From: a virus
Virus record (IMG/VR): IMGVR_UViG_3300007094_000006
Location: 32,797 to 96,796 of that record
DNA length: 64,000 nt
Direction: 5' to 3' (one strand)
Position 1 is the stretch's first letter, and every line of letters starts with the position of its first letter. The position numbers and the translations under genes are program-made. Below are positions 8,884 through 18,908 of the stretch, piece after piece. The notes beneath the pieces were generated by a model. It did no database searches, was not told the DNA's origin, and was given only the letters and a program-made list of their open reading frames with translations.

Positions 8884-10809
8884 ATGAAATATCCAAAAAA
8901 AGTAGCATTTGAAATTTTAGAATCTGTCCATCCTGAAGTTGAACAAAATCAGGAACTTTTTGACATGACTGACGACTTGTTAGGGGGTGGTCCAAGATTA
9001 AAAGATAATTTAGAAAAATATTTAGTTAAAAAACCAGATGAAGATGCTGAAATTTACAAATACCGTAAAAAACTCTTTACTTATGTTCCTATTTTAGGGC
9101 AATGTTTAGCTCAATTATTGAATAGGATGACTGCCTCTAATCATACTATTAATGGTTTTTCAGAAAGTCCTAAACACAAAGAATTTTGGTTTAAATTTAG
9201 AGAATCTGTTAACGGTAATCATCAAAAAGAAAAAGCTTTTATTAAAGATGTTTTCTTTAAACTTTTAAAATATGGAAAAGTATACGCAGTAATAGAAAAA
9301 GATTATTCAGACATTTTACCTACTAATAAAAAAGAAGAAGAAGAATTAGGTTTAATGCCTTATATTGCGTTGTATGACCCTCGTTCTGTTATCCACTATC
9401 AAGAACTTGATGGAAAGCTAAAATGGATAAAAATTAGAGAATTAGAAACCAATTATAGCCCTGTAGGTGAAACGCAATATTTTCTGAAATGGACATTTAT
9501 CGACGATAGTTTTATTACTAGCTATCGTTGTCCAATGATTTATAGTAATACAGGAAAACTTGAACCCGATGTCCAATCGGAGTTTAATTCAAGTTCTTAT
9601 ATGATTCCTTTGTATAAACAAGTTGCCCATGAAAGAGGCACTATTCCTGTTGTAAATATTAAAATTCCTGAAAATCTTTGGGTCACTAAAGAAGCTATAT
9701 TTTTAGTTTTGGAACATATTAGGGTTCATAATAATTTGACATATACCGCAAATGTTGCTGGTCAAATTCAAAGATTATTTACTCCTATGTCTGAATCCGC
9801 AGATAAAATGGTTGACTTGGAAGAAGCCAGAGGTCAAACAGGAAACCATCGAGTATTAATTGGACAAGGATTTACTTTTAATGAAACTACTGGTACTGCC
9901 ATTAATACCATTGCTGGCTATCTAGGAAAACTAGAAAGTAGAATTAAAGATTTAATTTTTTCTAATGGTATTTCTGCTGGTGATGATAGACCAATGCAAG
10001 AATCTGGCGTAGCTAAGAGTATGGACTTTATTAGTCAAGAACAAGCTCTTGCCGCTTACGGTGAACAATTATTGTTTTTTCTTGAAGAATGTTATAAATT
10101 AGTTGCTTTAACTCAGGGCTTTAGTAAAGAGGAAATTTCTCAAATTTCAGTTTCTGGTCTTAATGAATTTGTTTTAGATACTGTTGACACAAAAGTAAAT
10201 AGAATTTCCCTTTTAGAGGCTTTAGACACTCCTATTTCCAATACTGCTATGCGCCTAGTGGTTGAAGACCTACAACGAGCTTTAACTCCTAACGCTTCAA
10301 TTCTTGAACAAGAAATTATCCATAACGAAACTTTACAAGACTTCTCAGATGTCAACCATCCTAAACTTGGTTTAGAAGAACTTACGTCTTTAGTATTGAA
10401 CCAAATCGTTTCTGTTTCTACTGCTCAAGAATTATTAGGCTTTGACCCTTCAGTAGAATGGGACAGAATTAAAGAACAAATGCTTGAAATGCAAGCTATT
10501 CAAAACCCTGAAAATAAAAACTCACCTACAACTGAAACTGAAGAAACTGAAAAACCTGAAGAACCTGAAGAACCTGAAGAACCTGAAGAAAATGTTGACC
10601 CTCTTGAAACTGTGGTAAATCTAGCTAATGCTTTAGCTACTCTTTCTAATGATAAAACTGAAGATATTCTTGCTTCTGTTAATTTTAATGAAAATATTTC
10701 ACCTGACGAAGCAAAACCAATAATTATGATATTAGCTGAAAAATTAGGTAAATTAATTGACGCTACGCCAGAAGAAGTTTTAGAGGGGGTTGGTTATGAG
10801 GAGGATTAG
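8884..10809 (+). CDS. portal protein
   Basis: follows terL; YLVKKPDEDAEIYKYRKK and ESGVAKSMD motifs of siphophage portals; acidic EEP-repeat C-terminal extension. Confidence 0.8.
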   Translation: MKYPKKVAFEILESVHPEVEQNQELFDMTDDLLGGGPRLKDNLEKYLVKKPDEDAEIYKYRKKLFTYVPILGQCLAQLLNRMTASNHTINGFSESPKHKEFWFKFRESVNGNHQKEKAFIKDVFFKLLKYGKVYAVIEKDYSDILPTNKKEEEELGLMPYIALYDPRSVIHYQELDGKLKWIKIRELETNYSPVGETQYFLKWTFIDDSFITSYRCPMIYSNTGKLEPDVQSEFNSSSYMIPLYKQVAHERGTIPVVNIKIPENLWVTKEAIFLVLEHIRVHNNLTYTANVAGQIQRLFTPMSESADKMVDLEEARGQTGNHRVLIGQGFTFNETTGTAINTIAGYLGKLESRIKDLIFSNGISAGDDRPMQESGVAKSMDFISQEQALAAYGEQLLFFLEECYKLVALTQGFSKEEISQISVSGLNEFVLDTVDTKVNRISLLEALDTPISNTAMRLVVEDLQRALTPNASILEQEIIHNETLQDFSDVNHPKLGLEELTSLVLNQIVSVSTAQELLGFDPSVEWDRIKEQMLEMQAIQNPENKNSPTTETEETEKPEEPEEPEEPEENVDPLETVVNLANALATLSNDKTEDILASVNFNENISPDEAKPIIMILAEKLGKLIDATPEEVLEGVGYEED

Positions 10810-13336
10810 AAAATCTAAAGGCTTAAAAATAAATACCAAAGCCAAAATTAAAGGGTCAATTGCTTATCGCACAAAAGCTTTTGGTAAGTTTAACATATAC
10901 AGAATCTTTAAAGAATCTGATGTTAAAAGAGATGCTAGTGGAAAATTTACCTTTGAGGGAGCCGTAAGTAAGGCTTATGGTAAATTTAATCGTCAACAAA
11001 GTAAGGAAAAGATAGCTAATGATAAAAAATCTCAACTTAAAAATCAAAATCAGGAGTCTCAATCTAATCCTATAACTCAAGATTCCAAAAGTGCCAAAAA
11101 AAATCAACCTAACTCAAAATTGATTCGCATATCTTTGGCTAAAAAGATTCAGCCTCTTTTAGAAAAAATTGAAGAAATAGTTACTCAAAAAAGTAAACCC
11201 TTAAGTGCCAAAGGTACAGCTTTACCTAAAGATTCTAGAGGTAAAATAAAACCAGCCGGTATTATGCAAAAATCGGGTGAGCGAAACTTTTCTGTTATGG
11301 TAAACAACCTTAAAGAATTTAGAGAGGCTTTTGGAGAATTTTCAACAAAACAAATTTTATTGACTTATAACATTAGTCTGCTTACTGCTGAAAATAGAAA
11401 AAAACTCTTAGATGAATATCGAAGATTTCTGAATTTTAAGGCTCCTGAACTTTTTGCTGACGGTCAAGTTTACAATTCTTTAAAAGATATTAGAGCGGCA
11501 TTAGTTAAACAAAACGACGTTGACGCATTAAACAAAGAATTTTTTGAAAATAGATTAGTTGCTTCTTTTTTAAGTTCTACGACTTGGGCAAATTTAAGCA
11601 CTGTTCCAGAATATAAAGTTAATGAACTATTTAAAGATATTAAATCTATCTATGATTCTGCAAATTCAAAACGAAAAAACTTTAAAGCCGCAAAAGAAGC
11701 TGGTAGATATAAAGTCGAAAAAGTTGCTGACAAAGAGCAAATAGCACAGTTCTTGAAATCAGCTATAGACTCCATTAACATTCAAAAAGAAGAACTTATA
11801 CGAAATGCTTTAATTGCTAACGAATCCGCAAAAGTACCCAAATCAGATAAAGAAATAATAAAAGAAATAGAAACAGAAACAAAACTATTAATTGAGTATG
11901 TTACAAAACTTGGTAGAAATGCTGAGGTCGTAGGTGATAGAACTATTCTTAGTAATAAACTCCAAATTAAAGATACGTTTTTAAGAAAATTACCAATTTT
12001 AGAATTAATGCAATTACAAGAACAATTACGTTTTGAGATTGGTAATAATGTTGATAAGGCAAAAATTCAACTTTTTCTTTTTAACTTGGAAAAAGATGAT
12101 ATTTATAAAGTCCCTATTACTAAAATTAAACAGGGCTATCAACTCCATCATGTAAACCAATTTGCATCTTTTGATGTTAATGGTAATCCTTATTTTGCTA
12201 TTGAAAAAGCTTATGGTAGTAGTAATAAAGATTCACTTAAAGCTATTTCCGAAGAAGATTTGTTAGGTTTAACCGTAAACTATGATGAAAATGGTAATAT
12301 CTCTTATTTTTCTAAAGATTATTTCTCAGAAAAAGGCGCAAAATTAAAAGGTTCTGTTTTTTTAAAAGATTTACCATTAAGTTATTATCGCAATAATTGG
12401 GAGTTAATTGTAGACAAAATCGACAACACTATCATTGGGTTTAAAAATCCTGAATCCGGAGAAACTGTTTCTTGGGACAAAGCTATTTCTGAAATGAACC
12501 ACTCGCCTAAGTTATATCTGGATTTACCCATTGCTTATCATGAAAAGTCTAGAGTCAACAGTTTATATGGTTTATTACACCCTGTCGAAAATTATACTAT
12601 AAAATCTGATAATGATATTCAAAAATCTCAACTATCAAATCTTTCTGAATTAGCTTCTAAATTAAACGTCTCTAAAAAACTTCAGACAGAATTAGAAGAA
12701 GGACTCAAAACAGGAAAGTTAAAAGCTGGTAAAGGTCAAGTAGAGTCTGAAAGACATGATGAGGTTCGTGATAATTTAAACTTGTATCGTCGTCTTGAAC
12801 TTTTGGAACAAGTAGAAAAAGCTATAATATCTCAATTTGAAGAAATACCCTCAGCAAGAGATAAAGCTGTTATTTCTAATTCCGCTAAGTATAATTACTA
12901 TAAAAATGGAATCAGACCTTCTTATGTTAATAATTTGACTAAATTAGAGGAAAGATTAGCTTTTTTAACCCAGTCTGCGGCTTCAATAAATGATTTATTA
13001 CCTTCAGACCAAAATTCTGCCCAAATTGAGGCTATTAAAAATCTTCAAGAAAAAATAAAAAACACAAAAAACGTGATTAAAGAAATTGATAAGGTGACTA
13101 ATTCTATCATCAATCAAGGACTTAACGCTGATTATATTAGAAATCACACACCAAGCCAATTCTTTGACTCTGCTATTAAAAATCCTAGAATTTGGGGACT
13201 TCCTGCTAATGCTACCCCCAAAATGGTGATGAATGCTATAATGAATGAACTTAATGGCTCGACTTTAACCGACAACTTCCCTAATTTAGACGACCAATTA
13301 AAACCTTTGCCTAAAGACTCAAAAAACGATGATTAA
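10796..13336 (+). CDS. large head-associated protein, possible HNH/LHH-type nuclease domain
   Basis: overlaps portal stop; N-terminal KRDASGKF motif; GYQLHHVNQ and later H...LLH. Confidence 0.45.
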   Translation: MRRIRKSKGLKINTKAKIKGSIAYRTKAFGKFNIYRIFKESDVKRDASGKFTFEGAVSKAYGKFNRQQSKEKIANDKKSQLKNQNQESQSNPITQDSKSAKKNQPNSKLIRISLAKKIQPLLEKIEEIVTQKSKPLSAKGTALPKDSRGKIKPAGIMQKSGERNFSVMVNNLKEFREAFGEFSTKQILLTYNISLLTAENRKKLLDEYRRFLNFKAPELFADGQVYNSLKDIRAALVKQNDVDALNKEFFENRLVASFLSSTTWANLSTVPEYKVNELFKDIKSIYDSANSKRKNFKAAKEAGRYKVEKVADKEQIAQFLKSAIDSINIQKEELIRNALIANESAKVPKSDKEIIKEIETETKLLIEYVTKLGRNAEVVGDRTILSNKLQIKDTFLRKLPILELMQLQEQLRFEIGNNVDKAKIQLFLFNLEKDDIYKVPITKIKQGYQLHHVNQFASFDVNGNPYFAIEKAYGSSNKDSLKAISEEDLLGLTVNYDENGNISYFSKDYFSEKGAKLKGSVFLKDLPLSYYRNNWELIVDKIDNTIIGFKNPESGETVSWDKAISEMNHSPKLYLDLPIAYHEKSRVNSLYGLLHPVENYTIKSDNDIQKSQLSNLSELASKLNVSKKLQTELEEGLKTGKLKAGKGQVESERHDEVRDNLNLYRRLELLEQVEKAIISQFEEIPSARDKAVISNSAKYNYYKNGIRPSYVNNLTKLEERLAFLTQSAASINDLLPSDQNSAQIEAIKNLQEKIKNTKNVIKEIDKVTNSIINQGLNADYIRNHTPSQFFDSAIKNPRIWGLPANATPKMVMNAIMNELNGSTLTDNFPNLDDQLKPLPKDSKNDD

Positions 13337-13760
13337 CAATATCGATTTAACCATCTACTCCCCCTATAATGCTTCACTTATGCTGGCTGTTAATAATCTT
13401 TCTGAAGCTTTTTGGCTTAATGTGAAGGATTACTCCGACAATCCAAATTATTCCTTTTTTGGGTATGCTTTTGGTGGTGGTTCTGCTAAAGATATTCAAA
13501 ATCCTGATAAGTGGATTTTGATTAAAGACACTGATTTGCTCTCTATACGCCCTTCTGAAAATCCTAACGCCACTTCTGATTCTGTCTACGAATGGGATGT
13601 TTATAACGGTTTAGTTATTGGTTTAAAAGATGACCAATTTGAATTATTTGATTATCATAAAATTCCTTTTATTCATCCTGATATTTTGTATGCTAATTAC
13701 TATTTTTGGATTAACCTTCAGGACAAAATCTTTTTTCGACAAATAAGCTCAAAAGACTAA
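13329..13760 (+). CDS. hypothetical protein
   Basis: 143 aa, acidic and aromatic; overlaps the upstream stop by 8 nt. Confidence 0.7.
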   Translation: MINNIDLTIYSPYNASLMLAVNNLSEAFWLNVKDYSDNPNYSFFGYAFGGGSAKDIQNPDKWILIKDTDLLSIRPSENPNATSDSVYEWDVYNGLVIGLKDDQFELFDYHKIPFIHPDILYANYYFWINLQDKIFFRQISSKD

Positions 13761-13870
13761 TTTGAATTATCTTAATTGACAGGAAAAAAGTTTTTAGGCA
13801 TTAACCCCTTGACAGAATTAAAAACCTGTGATATGATAGAGGGGTTTAAGTTTCAAACCCATTATTTTTG

Positions 13871-14326
13871 ATGAACAAACAAGAAACAGCCACAGAAATA
13901 TTAGATTTCTGCCAAAAAACTTACCCAGAGCTAAAGTGGTCATTTACGTCTTTAACTAAAACTGAAGACATGATTTACGGGTATCGCACTATTCTTAATT
14001 CTATAAATGGAATACAAATAGATATAAGAGTCAATAGTAACAACTCTTATAGTAGTGACGGTTTACCTAGTGATTTTAAAAATTACATAGAAGGTCGATC
14101 TACTATTTCTAATTTAGAGTGGGAAGGGAGTTTTCTTGTATGGATAAATGATAGAAAAAACAGTACAATTTCATTCAAGAAAAGTGGAACCGCTAAACAT
14201 AAAGAATTAAATCTATGGCGTGAAAAAGGAACACAAATTATGATTAATATTCTTTCGTTTATTGAACATGAAATACAAACCGAGGCAACACTGTCACAAC
14301 AGCAAAAGAGTTTTTTGAAAAGCTAG
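13871..14326 (+). CDS. hypothetical protein
   Basis: ORF with an upstream TTGACA...TATGAT promoter. Confidence 0.7.
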   Translation: MNKQETATEILDFCQKTYPELKWSFTSLTKTEDMIYGYRTILNSINGIQIDIRVNSNNSYSSDGLPSDFKNYIEGRSTISNLEWEGSFLVWINDRKNSTISFKKSGTAKHKELNLWREKGTQIMINILSFIEHEIQTEATLSQQQKSFLKS

Positions 14327-14626
14327 AAGCTATAGAACGCTCAAAAGAGATAGATATACTTAAAAAAATTGCGGCTTTTGGTCATAAATTTCAGAAAAAA
14401 AGTTGTTGACAGATTTAAACCAATCGGCTATAATGAAATTGTAACTCCTTAGTAATTAAGCCCTCTATTTAACCCTCTACAAATTAGAGGGCTTTTTTTT
14501 GACCTTAAATAATAAGTTTTTCTTATGTGTACTATAAGAATCCTTAATATCAAACCAGTAGCATCTTTCAACCACATCTGCTATATTGTACTTTAAAACC
14601 TTTGTCAGCACAAGTACTTTAAAAAC

Positions 14627-15259
14627 ATGGATATTAATTTTCAAAATAAACTACCAGTGGCAATTTCTATTGGTGAGGATGTGGCTAAAAAAACCTTTAG
14701 TTTTGTTCAGCTATCTCGCCTACAGTCTAGTGAAAATATTTTGATGTTTCCTTTACTGGAATCCCAAAATTTAGAGGGTGGTTTCAAAAATATTCTTGAG
14801 CAAGCACGGCAAAAGGTAAACAATGCACTCAATCTAAATTGTCAATTTTCCATATCGGATTTAAAAGACAGAATAACGCAGTCACTATCTAATCAAGGTT
14901 GGAACGAGGTTGATTGGGCAAATTTTTGGGTTAAAGAATTTTCGAGAGCTTTGGGGTATAATCAGTGGTTGAATCGGTCTTGTTATTCATTCTCTATTTT
15001 GGATAAATACCTTAAACAAAAAAACTCGAAGATTATTATTTTGATAGATGGACTAGAAAATATTTTTCCGGATTTAGCCCATGATAACCTTCAACAAACA
15101 GCTTTGAAAGCATTGATAGAAAATTTGCCAAATAAATTGTCCGAAATTCGGCAATCTAATCTAGGATTGATCGTTTTTCTGCATAGAGATTCCATGAGAA
15201 AAACAATTAGGCAAAACTCAGGACAATTTGAAAGCTTGTACAGTGAATACCTTTTTTAG
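14627..15259 (+). CDS. fragment-like P-loop ATPase-related protein (Walker B-like IIILIDGLE, no Walker A)
   Basis: resembles an internal segment of large cyanobacterial ATPases (recognition by recall). Confidence 0.5.
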   Translation: MDINFQNKLPVAISIGEDVAKKTFSFVQLSRLQSSENILMFPLLESQNLEGGFKNILEQARQKVNNALNLNCQFSISDLKDRITQSLSNQGWNEVDWANFWVKEFSRALGYNQWLNRSCYSFSILDKYLKQKNSKIIILIDGLENIFPDLAHDNLQQTALKALIENLPNKLSEIRQSNLGLIVFLHRDSMRKTIRQNSGQFESLYSEYLF

Positions 15260-15367
15260 TGTGTGGTCAAACGACTAAGCCACTAAATTATCCTAAAATC
15301 ACCTAGCTTTAGGTGATTTTTTTTTGAAACCCAGACATATACTAATTAACTTTACCAGTCTTTAATT

Positions 15368-16270
15368 ATGTCTGATGTGTCAAATGCCCCTTTAGTGGTG
15401 GTAGATTTTCGAGTAGCTGTCTATCAAATATATTCTGAGTTTAAATTTATCAAAGCAAACTGTCCTCCTGAGATTGTGAAATCATGGTTAAAAGCGGCAT
15501 GGGCTTTAAAATTAAACAGGGGTTTTACTGGATTGCCTTATTTTCCACATACTGTGGTGGTAGTCGACGACAGTTCACCTTATTGGAGAAACGATTATTT
15601 AAGAGAACGAGGATTTCCAGAGTATAAGGGCGGAAGACCCACTAAAACAGACGAATGGTATGAAGTCAATCAAGCTGGTATTGACTACATTCACGCACCC
15701 AACTCCCCCTTGCATTACCTTAAATTTGAAAAATTTGAAGCAGATGACATAGCTTCGGCACTTGTCCGCACAAGTCCTAAACGTTTAATCTTTCTTCACA
15801 CTATTGACTCGGATTGGATGGGGTTAGTCAAGGATGGTTGTCTCAATGCGAATTTTTCTTTAGACGAGGCAATTAAGGAACCATGGGTCGATACAACTGT
15901 TCTATGGGTCAGCATGGATAAATGGACACCTCGTTTTAGAAATGTGGAAGGAGTAATAGCTCACACACTCAAAAGGGAAAAAACCCAAATTACTAACCCC
16001 GCTCAAGTCTGGGATATTAAGGCTGAAAAAGGCGATAAATCTGACAATTTAACCAAAGGTAGCCCTCTAGAGGTGATTAATCTATTAAATCCGCCACTTC
16101 AATACGATTTGCTCAATATCCCTAAATGTAAAACCCAAATAGTGCAAGTAGCAAATGCTGGCACACCTAACTCAAGTTTAAAGCATATCAAAAAAGCTCA
16201 TCAATGGTTTGTCAATGCTGGACACCGTGTACCATTCTGGGGGTACTACGACTTTGTTCCAGACTTTTGA
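15368..16270 (+). CDS. 5'-3' exonuclease (FEN/T5-exo/phage RNase H family)
   Basis: VVVDF, YWR, YKGGR, FEADDIAS, DSDW, GDKSDN motifs. Confidence 0.9.
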   Translation: MSDVSNAPLVVVDFRVAVYQIYSEFKFIKANCPPEIVKSWLKAAWALKLNRGFTGLPYFPHTVVVVDDSSPYWRNDYLRERGFPEYKGGRPTKTDEWYEVNQAGIDYIHAPNSPLHYLKFEKFEADDIASALVRTSPKRLIFLHTIDSDWMGLVKDGCLNANFSLDEAIKEPWVDTTVLWVSMDKWTPRFRNVEGVIAHTLKREKTQITNPAQVWDIKAEKGDKSDNLTKGSPLEVINLLNPPLQYDLLNIPKCKTQIVQVANAGTPNSSLKHIKKAHQWFVNAGHRVPFWGYYDFVPDF

Positions 16271-16453
16271 AAAATATTTTGAAAAAGGGGTTGACATCTT
16301 CAAAAAAACCAGCTAATATAGAAAACATAGACAAAGCAACAAGGTTCTAGTTCACACGCAGTCACTAACCCCGCCCAAGTCTAGGTTTGCAACTTTTGCT
16401 AAATCAAAAATCAAACCTCAAAATCAACCAAACTCTCTCAAAACCTACGAATT

Positions 16454-17431
16454 ATGTCCTACAACTCTGTCGTTTCTTATGATAAACTTGAATCCGTTCT
16501 TTCCTCGAAAAATTGGGATAAAGCCTACGTCAACCTTCCAAACTCGTCAATCGGAAATGTTCTTAAGTCCCAATTTAAATACATTTTCGAGTCCGTTGGG
16601 GAGACCTTCTCCGATAACGAATCAGTATTAACCGTACAAGCAGATAACGGAAACTTAAAACGCTTATACAGCCCTACTGTTTACCTCGTATCCAACGAGA
16701 AAATTCGTGAATCTGCCTACGCTAAAGCAAATCCTAGCCTATTTGAATGTGATAGCACCCCTGTTTCTGACGAAGAAAAAACCAAAGCAAAAACTCCTGA
16801 AGCCATCAAAGCTTATGAAGATTTATTGCTGAAAGGGCGGAATGTCGCTGTCCGTATGGGAGCTAAACTTTTTGTTCCTTTATTAGCTTTTAAAGCCATC
16901 GAAGGTTGCGATATTGCTTTAGATAACGGTGACATTGAAATTACCTTGCCAGAAACAGAACAGTTTCCTGAAGGTTTAACTGTAAAATTCAGTGTTCGTT
17001 ACTCTGAATCTGACCTAGATAAGCGGAAATCTCAAGAAGCATCTTTTAAACGGGCGTTTTCACGGTATCTCAAAAACTCCGAAAACAACTTTGGTGCTTT
17101 TCTATGTGAACCCCCTACCGGTGGTGGTAGCGGTATTCCTCTCCGTGACTTGGACGAAAATTCTGTTCATACCGTCATCGGTTATGAATTTAAAGAGTCG
17201 GAAAATGGAGGTTTTTATATTCTTTCCTTAGACTCTGGTATTCATGTCATGAGCAACAAGGCTTTAGCTACTACCTTGCGTGGAAACCCTATCATTACTC
17301 CTGACAAACCCGGTATTCTGCGAATTGCCGACAAGAAAAAAATGGCTAATGGCAACATGAAAGTAAATGCCGCTCTTTTAGTTCCTGTGGAAAACTATCC
17401 CAATGATGATGGGTTTAACCTAGACTGGTAG
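16454..17431 (+). CDS. hypothetical protein, possibly ssDNA-binding
   Basis: strong promoter upstream (TTGACA at 16291); acidic-aromatic C-terminus (DDGFNLDW); replication context. Confidence 0.45.
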   Translation: MSYNSVVSYDKLESVLSSKNWDKAYVNLPNSSIGNVLKSQFKYIFESVGETFSDNESVLTVQADNGNLKRLYSPTVYLVSNEKIRESAYAKANPSLFECDSTPVSDEEKTKAKTPEAIKAYEDLLLKGRNVAVRMGAKLFVPLLAFKAIEGCDIALDNGDIEITLPETEQFPEGLTVKFSVRYSESDLDKRKSQEASFKRAFSRYLKNSENNFGAFLCEPPTGGGSGIPLRDLDENSVHTVIGYEFKESENGGFYILSLDSGIHVMSNKALATTLRGNPIITPDKPGILRIADKKKMANGNMKVNAALLVPVENYPNDDGFNLDW

Positions 17432-17446
17432 TTCTAATGCGGTAGG

Positions 17447-17680
17447 TTGTCGACTGGCAGTGCCAACACTGCCAGAATCCAGCAAGAAGATAACATCTAT
17501 ACAATATCGCAGATGGAACAACAGAGACAAACACCTAATTTCAGGTTAATTGAAGTAATAGAAGATGATAGTGCCAAAACTTTTATTTACGAAGACCCTG
17601 AAAAAAACATTAACTCCAGCTTTTTTGCTCGATTAAAAGCTAAAATTCAACAAATACTCAGACTATTTCATCGGAAATAG
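17447..17680 (+). CDS. hypothetical protein
   Basis: ORF in operon position; start uncertain. Confidence 0.45.
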   Translation: MSTGSANTARIQQEDNIYTISQMEQQRQTPNFRLIEVIEDDSAKTFIYEDPEKNINSSFFARLKAKIQQILRLFHRK

Positions 17681-17729
17681 AAAAAAAAGCAAACCCCCCC
17701 ATTAACCCCCCCTAAAAATTTGAGGTCTT

Positions 17730-17957
17730 ATGTCTGATAACTTTGACTTTTCCGAATACGATGGTGAGCTTGAAAACGAATGTACTCTATTAACTCGAAG
17801 CATCATTAACACTCGTCGCCGCATTCAAAAACATACAGACAGTAACAAATTTAGTTTGGCTTCTCGTGCCAGATTATTAAACGCTATTACTCATCTGAAT
17901 TTGCTTCTAGAAGATATATTTGACACCTACGAAGAACTATTCTTCGACAAAGAGTAA
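17730..17957 (+). CDS. hypothetical protein
   Basis: GAGG RBS, 75 aa. Confidence 0.65.
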   Translation: MSDNFDFSEYDGELENECTLLTRSIINTRRRIQKHTDSNKFSLASRARLLNAITHLNLLLEDIFDTYEELFFDKE

Positions 17958-18012
17958 TAATTTTCTGCTTGAACGCTCAAACCCTAGATTAGTATATCTT
18001 GGGTTTTTTTAA

Positions 18013-18846
18013 ATGTTATCTGAAATTAGTAAGCCGCTTACTTTTAATCAACTAAAATCAAACTCTGAAATCCTTGCAGAATTGCAAACTTTGCTCAAAG
18101 AAAAAGGATTTTATCACTTAAAAATTGACGGAGTTTGGGGTCAAGGAACTGAAACAGCTATTGAGTCTGTCGCTAATTTATTAAATTTAAATAATTTCGA
18201 TAAAAAATTAATTGGTAAAACTTTTATCAGCAAATTAACAAGTTACAATCCTGAAAAAGATACTGAAACTGAATTGGATGTTAGCCCTATCACAGAAGCT
18301 GACATTTTAGCATTATCCAAATCTTTAGTCTTAGAATTAGCAACCATTAAAGCAGTTATAGAAGTAGAATCTTCTGGTTCTTGGGTACAAAAAGATGGAA
18401 AACCTATTATTCGCTTTGAATCTCATATTTTTAGTAGCCTAACTAATCATTTGTACGATAAAGATTATCCCAATATTTCCAGCAAAAAATACAATCCAAG
18501 TATAAATTTATCTACTTCTGAAAAAGAATATTGCCGATTAGATATTGCTAAAGATTTAAATGAAACAGCCGCTTTGAAATCTGCTTCTTATGGTGCTTTT
18601 CAGATTATGGGCTTCAATCATGCTCTTGTTGGATTTAAAACTGTACAAGATTTCTACCAAGCCATGTTTAGCCCTAAAGAGCAATTAAAAGCTTTTGGTC
18701 AATTTTTAATCAAAAACTCGTTAGTAAAAACTTTAAGCAATAAAGATTGGAAAGGGTTTGCGTATTCCTATAATGGGTCTAGTTATCATTTGCACAAACC
18801 GCCCTATGATGTTCGTTTAGAGAATGCCTATCAAAAATACAATTAG
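18013..18846 (+). CDS. endolysin: peptidoglycan-binding domain plus N-acetylmuramidase (DUF3380-type)
   Basis: LQTLL..GFY..IDGVWG.GT PG-binding motif; AVIEVESSG, IRFESHIF, SASYGAFQIMGFN, FAYSYNG. Confidence 0.92.
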   Translation: MLSEISKPLTFNQLKSNSEILAELQTLLKEKGFYHLKIDGVWGQGTETAIESVANLLNLNNFDKKLIGKTFISKLTSYNPEKDTETELDVSPITEADILALSKSLVLELATIKAVIEVESSGSWVQKDGKPIIRFESHIFSSLTNHLYDKDYPNISSKKYNPSINLSTSEKEYCRLDIAKDLNETAALKSASYGAFQIMGFNHALVGFKTVQDFYQAMFSPKEQLKAFGQFLIKNSLVKTLSNKDWKGFAYSYNGSSYHLHKPPYDVRLENAYQKYN

Positions 18847-18908
18847 GTTGACAAATATCCTTTTACGTCCTAAAATAGGATACATAACGAGTTAAGGAGT
18901 TTGTTTCC

